A stretch of DNA of 64,000 bases from the NCBI RefSeq assembly GCF_009914755.1, contig NC_060940.1; one strand, given 5' to 3'. The notes beneath the pieces were generated by a model. That model made no database searches. It was not told the origin of the DNA and saw nothing but the letters and a program-made list of their open reading frames with translations. Each line of letters begins with the position of its first letter. Position 1 is the first letter of the stretch. This document shows, piece by piece, positions 54,519-64,000 of the stretch. Source of the DNA: the human T2T-CHM13v2.0 reference genome, Homo sapiens. The translations under genes were made by a program, and so were the position numbers.

Positions 54519-54674
54519 TAGAAAACTACAAAATATTGTTGGAAAAAAAAACAAAGAAAAACTAAATAAATGAAAAGGCATCTCATGTTTGTGGATTAGA
54601 TCACTTAAGATGAAAATGCTCTTCAAATTTATCTATGAATTTAACTCAATCTGTATAAAAATCCCAGCTATTCT

Positions 54675-54987
<313 letters not shown>

Positions 54988-55220
54988 CTACCATTTTCCT
55001 AGAAATTTAGAAACTTTTCCTAAAATTCATACGGGAAATGAAAGCAACCCAGAAAAGCCAAAACTATCCTGAGAAACAACAAAATCGAAGGATTCACACC
55101 TTCCAATTTCAAAACTTACAAGGATATAGTAATAAAGTGGTACTAGTGTAAGGACAGACATATAGATCAAGTGAATAAAATTGAGAGACTGTAAATAATC
55201 CTTTACATTTATGGTCAATT

Positions 55221-55246
<26 letters not shown>
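55221..55246. repeat. (TA)n microsatellite
   Basis: ~13 TA units. Confidence 0.9.
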
Positions 55247-55251
<5 letters not shown>

Positions 55252-55709
55252 ACAAAAGTGCCAAGATAATTCAATGGGGGGAAAATCATCTTCAACAAGT
55301 AGCCCTGGAGCAGCTGGGTTATCTACCTACGGAAGAATGAAGTTAGATTTCTTCCTCACACCGCACACAAAAGTTAACTCCAAATAGATTGTAGACCTAA
55401 ATATAAGGAACTAAAACTATAAAACTCTTAGTAGAAAACATAGGTGTAAAATTTGTAACCATCAGTTGGGCAATGGTTTCTTAGCTGTGAGACCAAAAGC
55501 ACATAGTACAAAAGAAATGAATACTATTATGGGATTCATCAAAATTAAAAACCTTCATTCCTCAAAGGATACTATCAAGAAAAAGAAAAGACACCCTCAC
55601 AGATGGAGAAAAAATATTTGCAAATTATATACCTGATAAGAAACCTGTATATAGAATATATAAAGAACTGCTGTAACTTGACAGCTTTTTTTTCAAAAAC
55701 TGAATTTTT

Positions 55710-56377
<668 letters not shown>

Positions 56378-57082
56378 TCATCAGGGAAAATCAAATCAAA
56401 ATCATCACGATATACTACTTCACGGTCATTAGTATGGCCTATATTAAAAAAAGGTTAAAGAAAAAGAAGTGTTGTCAAGGATGTGGGGTAAGTGGAACCA
56501 TTATACATTGCTGGTGAGGAAGTCAAATGGTACACCTGCTTTGGAAAAAAGTCTGGCAGTTCTTCAAGAAGTTAAACATAGAGTTACCACATAACCTGGC
56601 AATTCTACTCCTATGTCTATACCCAAGAGAAAAAAAAAACCATACATGTACACAAAAACTTTCAGATGAATTTCACAGTAGCATTATTCATAATAGCCAA
56701 AAGGTAGAAACCATTCAAATGCACTGAATGGATAAATAAAATGTAATATATCCATAGAATGAAATATTATGCAGCAATTAAAAGGAAGTACTAACACGTG
56801 CTACAACATGGATGAATCTTGAAAACTTTATGCTAAGTGAAGACTACATGTTGTATGATTCTATTCATATGAAATGCCCAGAATAGGCAAATCTATAGAA
56901 ATAAAAAGTAGATTATTAGTTGCCTAGTGGTGAGGTGGGGTGACATGGGGAGTGACTGCTAATGGATATGGTTGGTGAGGCTTCTTTCTGTGATGATGAA
57001 AGTATTCTAAAGTAGATTCTGGTGATGGCTAGACAATTCTGTGAATATATTAAAAAACCATTGAATTGTGCACTTTAAAAAA

Positions 57083-57404
<322 letters not shown>

Positions 57405-57559
57405 TAGGAATTTTATCTCAATAAAGCCCTTAAAACAACAACACTAACAACGAGATGAGGCAAGAGGCAGGGCCAGCACCCAAAGGGACCAGTCAGAAAT
57501 GGTTGCTTCAGTTAGAAATGTAACTGAAGAGTAATATTTCTAAAACAATTGAAAGCTGC

Positions 57560-59050
57560 TAGAGATTTAACCTGTGAAGGACACGATCAGACAATTTTGT
57601 ATAAAATAAAGATTACTGTAATATCAATGTGGATAATAGATTAGGGGTAAAATCATGAGAATGGAGAAAGGAAAGGCATTAGGAAATTGCTTAAGTAATC
57701 CCAGGATGCCTGAACTAAAGCAGTAACAGATGTGATGGAAAAGACAGGACAAACTTGGAAGATATTAAGAGTCAAGAATTAATGGGATGCAGCAAATAGT
57801 GGAGGAAAAAAGAAGGGGAAAGGGAGGAATCATGGATCCTATTTCTGAGGACTCCACTTGGGCATCACCTTCTCCTAAACTTTTCTTCAATCCACAATTT
57901 GAGTTTAATGTCCTTTTTTGTGTTACAAATACACACAGTGCATACCTTTATCATTGTATTTACTACATTCTAATGTAGTGTAATTGTCTGTTCATGTGTC
58001 TGTCTCCTCCATTAGTCTCTGCGATTGAGGGTAAGGACTTTATTTCATAATGTCTTTGTAGCTCTGTACCCCCTCCAGAGTTTAGTGCCTGGCAAAGAAG
58101 GTGTCACCAACCAGGACAGAGAATACAAGGGAAACAGATTAGTTTTGGAAAAGGGACATGCTGAGGAAAGATAATGATGTCAGTTTTTCCTATATGCCTA
58201 CAACACATCTAAACACAAAATTGTCAGATGAAAGCTGGTTCTATGAAGTTGGAGATCAAAAGGGAGTTTCAGAATAGAGTTAGTAAGCATCGTGATATAG
58301 GAGGAACAGGCAGTAACTAAAACCTTGTGTATGTGGACCAGATTGCTTACAAGAAGCATAAGATAGAAGTAAAGCCAGAGAAAGACAAAATTCTGGAAAA
58401 TTCCTACATATAAGAGATAGGCAAAGTAATTGGAACTCACAAAACAATTCTGAGGATTGCAAAGGAAGAAAGAAAAATCACAGGAATAATATCAAGGAGG
58501 AAGTTAGGAAGGACAAAAAAGTATATACTGGATTTGGGAAAAGTCACGTGATTTTTGCAAAAGCAGTTTCAGTGGAGAAAGGTTGGGGGTGGGGGGAATT
58601 CGACCTATAGCTGAGCAAGAGCCAGTGAGAGATGAGGAAGTGAAAATAGTGAGAGTTAGGAAGCTTGACTTTGAGGTGAAGAAGAATGCTGGGGATAGTA
58701 ATGGTGGCTCAGAGTCAAAGGCAAATTTTGTATTATTTTGTTTTTATTTTTTAACTGAGAAGTCTCAATCACGCATATATCCTGAGAAGAATAAATCAAT
58801 ACAGAGGCTAATGGGGAAAAGTGATCAACAGATAATGTCAGTCACTGAGAAGACAGAAGGGGATGAAAGCGAAGCTTTAACAGGAGACAGGAAAAGAAGG
58901 ATAGTTATGGGTAACATTTCTAAATATTGAGGAGCGATAAGGGTGCCTAGCAGGAGCAAAGGGAGTTCCCTCCAGATTGCCCCTACTTTCTTGGTGAAGT
59001 AAGAGGTAAGCCATCTTGTAAAAGCTAACAGGAAAATAGTAAGAAGCACT
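57560..59050 (-). mobile_element. L2c fragments (with a + strand L2 3' piece at ~57860-58092)
   Basis: GGATGCCTGAACTAAAGCAGTAACAG, GCAGTTTCAGTGGAG, TGAGGGTAAGGAC...AGTGCCTGGCA. Confidence 0.55.
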
Positions 59051-59053
59051 GGA

Positions 59054-59740
<687 letters not shown>

Positions 59741-59895
59741 AGAAGTCCTGGAGCTAGTGAAAAAGGTTTGAAATAACTGCCACACAGTATTGGGGTCCAA
59801 ATGAGGTTGAAATCCAAAAGTATAAACTAAGTAGCAGTCATCACCATAATGTAATATTTCTCTCCAGCAACAGGGGTTAAAAGAGTAAAAGTTGG

Positions 59896-60232
<337 letters not shown>

Positions 60233-61309
60233 TTACATATATGCCAAAATTCATTGAGTTACATTCTTGAGATTTGTTTGCTTGTTTATAAGTTATATCA
60301 TAACATAAATGTTAGTATTTTAAAGAACTTTACTATATGTCTCATTTCCAGTACTCAACCTTAAACCTCCCAAATCAAAAGGCAAAAAAACACCTCTAGA
60401 ACAACTTCTATTTAAAAACAGTAGGTTTTTAAAAAGTCACAAAAAGCCTAAAACTGAAGCCAAATAAACAAAAACCTAGGAAAAGACCCTCTCTCCCCTC
60501 AAATGCATATTTTCATTCTAGAGTAAATTATAGACCACCAACTATAGCCTGACTTGGATATCAAGCACGGGTTCCCACATGAAAATTGTTATTGTTGGCT
60601 TTAGTGCTTTAATCTAAAGAGGACACAAATTCTGCTCATGTTTGAATAACGCTTGCCAACAAATTGATGCCACAGCACCAGGGCTGCAAAAAGTACATTT
60701 AAAGATTGAAGAGAAACATAAAGGGGAAAAACTCGGTAAATGTATTTCCTCCTACTCAGAATCTAAGATAGATCCCTTTAAAGAGAAAAAAGGTTTTTCT
60801 CTTTCCTCTTTTTCCAAAAGCAGTCCAAAAGGGCATTAGAGAACATCTGTAATTTACACAAAAGGGAGCAATGCCAAAGAAACTCAGATTCCACAGCTGT
60901 TAACCCAAGGGACAACTCAAACCAGGCAAATCTCTAAATAAGGTCTGAAAGGCAGACGCTCTGCTAGAGGGCAGCTAACTTCCAAAACCAGGAGTTTGGA
61001 GTGGGCACTTGAAATACTAATGTGTGCCTTTCTAGAAAGCTGCCTTTTGCCTTTATATGGGCAAGTGAGAACAATTCATAATTCCTTTACTAATTAAGAT
61101 ATACTCAAAGAAGCCTAGGCATTTTGCCTGGTCACCACCTACTATTAATATATGAACATAAAGAAATTTCCTTGTTATTTTAATGTTTATCTTCTTCATC
61201 TACCCAATATTAACATGTTGGTTAACAATACCACCAGAGAGTAAAAGCTCCCAACTATACAGCACCAAAAGTTAACAAACTTTCAGAAACTGTCTAATAG
61301 AATAGGTTA

Positions 61310-61530
61310 CAGAACCAGGTTCCCTGGATTCAAGTCCTACTTCTCCACTTTTTGGGTTGCCTTGGACAAACTCCTTTACATTTATAGGCCTCAGTTTTCT
61401 CATCTGTAAAATGGAGATAATCTTATCTACTCATAGGGTTGTGAGGATTAGACAATCAATGAATATAGACATGTACAAACACTCCAAATACATTGTAAAT
61501 GCCCTTAAAGTCTTAGTGTCTATTATTAAG
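61310..61530 (+). mobile_element. MIR
   Basis: GGCCTCAGTTTTCTCATCTGTAAAATGGAGATAAT core. Confidence 0.85.
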
Positions 61531-62797
61531 TCTCTGCCTTATCAATCTGCAGCAAGCTCATCTCTTTACTATGAGTTCTAAAATTTGCATGGCACGCAGT
61601 GCTAAATTATGTGGTTTATACCCTGTGAACGCCTTATAGTCAAAAAAGGGTCTCAAACTGTGGCATGTTGAATTTGTTGGCCTATTTACCAACAAACAGC
61701 TAACATATGTTAATGACTCATTGTAAAAATAGATACATTCAGACTTATGATTTGAAGATTAAAGGCTCAATATACCAACTCCATTTCCCTTGACTAGTAG
61801 TCCTCTTCTGCATGATATATGTGTTTACTGTAATAACTGACTAACTGCCTTTGCGGAAACTGTCAATACTCTGCATGCACAGTATCTGGAAGGATTAAGC
61901 AAAACACTAGGGAATTAAAAGACATAATGAAGTGAAAATTAAGAAGGAATGGAGAGAAGGATGTGTTCTAAATCCATAGGAAATAGTCTTAGTAAGCTTT
62001 CATATTTTTCTCTGTTTTTTGTTAGATTAATATTAGAGAGTTCTGTCCCTTTAACTGTCAAATGGTTTTCCATCTTGCAAGTAATCTTTCTCCACCAAGG
62101 AGTCTTTTAAAAGTTATAAATAAAATACCCCAAATATTTTCTTTTTCCCACAGATGAGAACATTAGAACACTGACATTTTTATCTGTTCTTTACAAGAGT
62201 GAGTTGTGTCAACACAGTGCTCCCAGCTACAACACTGAAAAAAATAAGTTTAATTAAAGACAGAGAAGAAACTGCATGTGGAGCCTAAGCCACTGAGATA
62301 CAACCAAGAGTTGTCACCTTCAGAGTCAGTTCTCTATGAACAAATCTCTTTGTCAGTGTCAGAAGAAGAAGAGAGAGAAAGCAAAGCAAAAGTGTGATGC
62401 TATAAAGATAAAACATGGTGAAGTCAAATGTCAGTGTTCAGACTAGGAACTAAAAAATAGTTATTTATGTAGTACTTCCAGAGTCCAAACACTATGCCTA
62501 ACATCATAAAACATCTTTGGCTATAAATAGATGCCTATTAACCACATATATGTTGTAGAAGATACAGTTGAAGCACAAAGAGAAGGCCATGATCACCAGG
62601 TAATGTTTAGCAACAATGAACATTGCTTTTACCGGGTTTATTTCAGAATACTGGCTATGCTCCTTCCTCAAACACTAATTTGAAGGGCAAATTAACATTG
62701 TCACAAAACTATTTTCCCAAATTAAGCACAGCTCTAACTACATTCTAGCAATAGCTTGCTTTACTTGCCCTGCCCTTTTGTAAGGACATCCTATTGT

Positions 62798-63050
62798 CAG
62801 AGAGGCAGTACAGCACAATGAATAGAAAACAGGAGAGACATGACAAAGTTCTAACTTTGGCTCTGCCATTTCCTAGCTTAGTAACTCTTGGGCAAGTTAC
62901 TTAATCTATTTGAGATAATTTTTGCTCATGTATAAAATAGAAATAAAAGTAACTACTCAAGAGTGTTATTGCAAGGCTTCGATGAGATAATGCATGTGAA
63001 ATACCCAGTTCACTTCTTGGCTCATATAGTAGATGATCCACAAATAATAT
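62798..63050 (+). mobile_element. MIR
   Basis: GGCTCTGCCATTTCCTAGC...TTGGGCAAGTTACTTAATC. Confidence 0.8.
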
Positions 63051-63247
63051 TTTCACTATCTTTTGTTTTTTATAATACTGACCATTTGTTGATTGTGTAT
63101 TATCATGCCCTCTAGATCATATGTTTCTTAGGACTACAACTTCTTTCACTCCTATAAAATAGCCTATCTCAGCTTAGAGGGAATGTATAGTATTAAGTAT
63201 TAATACCTCCTGGTCTGCTCACCCATATATAAATTATTTTGTCACAG

Positions 63248-63512
63248 CACAGTGTAACAGAATGGTTATCAGCATGAGCTGATATATCAAGATTGCTTGT
63301 ACTAACTGATTACATTTCAATCATGGCACTGATACTTAATAGCTATGTAACTTTTGGCAAGTTACTTATCTATGCCTCAGTTTGTGAGATGGAAATATAA
63401 TAATACTTTAGACTCACAGGGCTATTATGAAGATTATATACACAAAACATATGTAAAGCTATTTAAATAATACCTGGTCCAAGTATGAGTTCAAAAGACA
63501 TTTGTTATTACC
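63248..63512 (+). mobile_element. MIR
   Basis: AGCTATGTAACTTTTGGCAAGTTACTTATCTATGCCTCAGTTT. Confidence 0.75.
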
Positions 63513-64000
63513 TGATAATATATCTGCACAATGAATACTATTTTATATTTATTGTATAAGTATTAAATATTTCTCAGAATTTATGTGATAAAGTTGTTAG
63601 GAGAAGAAGCAGGGTAAATACTTTGGTAAGTAGTAATAAACATGATAGGAACAACAGGTACATAAGGGAAAAAATGATAAATTCAAGATAGAAAGTAATG
63701 AAATAAGAACAAGAAACAATGCTTTATAGAGGGCAATAAACTAAATGTTAGTGGTATAATGAAATGAAAAAGAATACAACATATAAAACTACCGTATTTT
63801 AACTGTAGCAGATGATGATGAAGGAAGTGCAGGTTATTCAGAACAAAGACAGGAGCAAAGGTAGGAGAGGAGTACAGAAGGCCTATTTGGAGGCCATTAT
63901 ACATCTGTCTGCCTGGAAGTGAGGGTTCCTATAGAACCTCTTAATTCCTTAGTCCTCTTAATTCCCTCCCCCTAGAACTTATAAGGCACACAATAGGTGC

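Overview
Human (primate) non-coding DNA, most likely intronic, dominated by interspersed repeats. It holds about 55 Alu copies (including a human-specific AluYb8 with target-site duplications, TSDs), L1 elements of several ages (nearly all on the + strand), L2/MIR, LTR remnants (MER31, LTR16, MLT1, an ERVL pol fragment) and DNA transposon relics (MER58B, MER2, Charlie2). No cellular protein-coding exon is recognisable; almost all short ORFs in the track are Alu, L1 or simple-repeat artefacts. Main points: (1) A full-length 6.15 kb L1PA4/5-type element (29212-35361) sits inside an Alu that itself sits inside an older Alu. Its central ~1.7 kb, covering the whole RT domain, carries L1PA2/L1HS-type diagnostic states, suggesting a gene-conversion-like mosaic. 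It also retains an intact antisense ORF0. (2) A 5'-truncated L1PA3-like element carries a ~100 bp 3' transduction inside a 15-bp TSD. (3) Two candidate minus-strand exons (18868/18884-18948 and 18468-18593) lie ~10 kb downstream of the L1 antisense promoter. (4) A 16-unit G-rich minisatellite has expanded from an L1 3'UTR. I see no convincing novel protein-based system; the most interesting signals are retrotransposon rearrangements. Subfamily calls come from recalled consensus diagnostics and need RepeatMasker/Dfam confirmation. Boundaries of old repeats are approximate.
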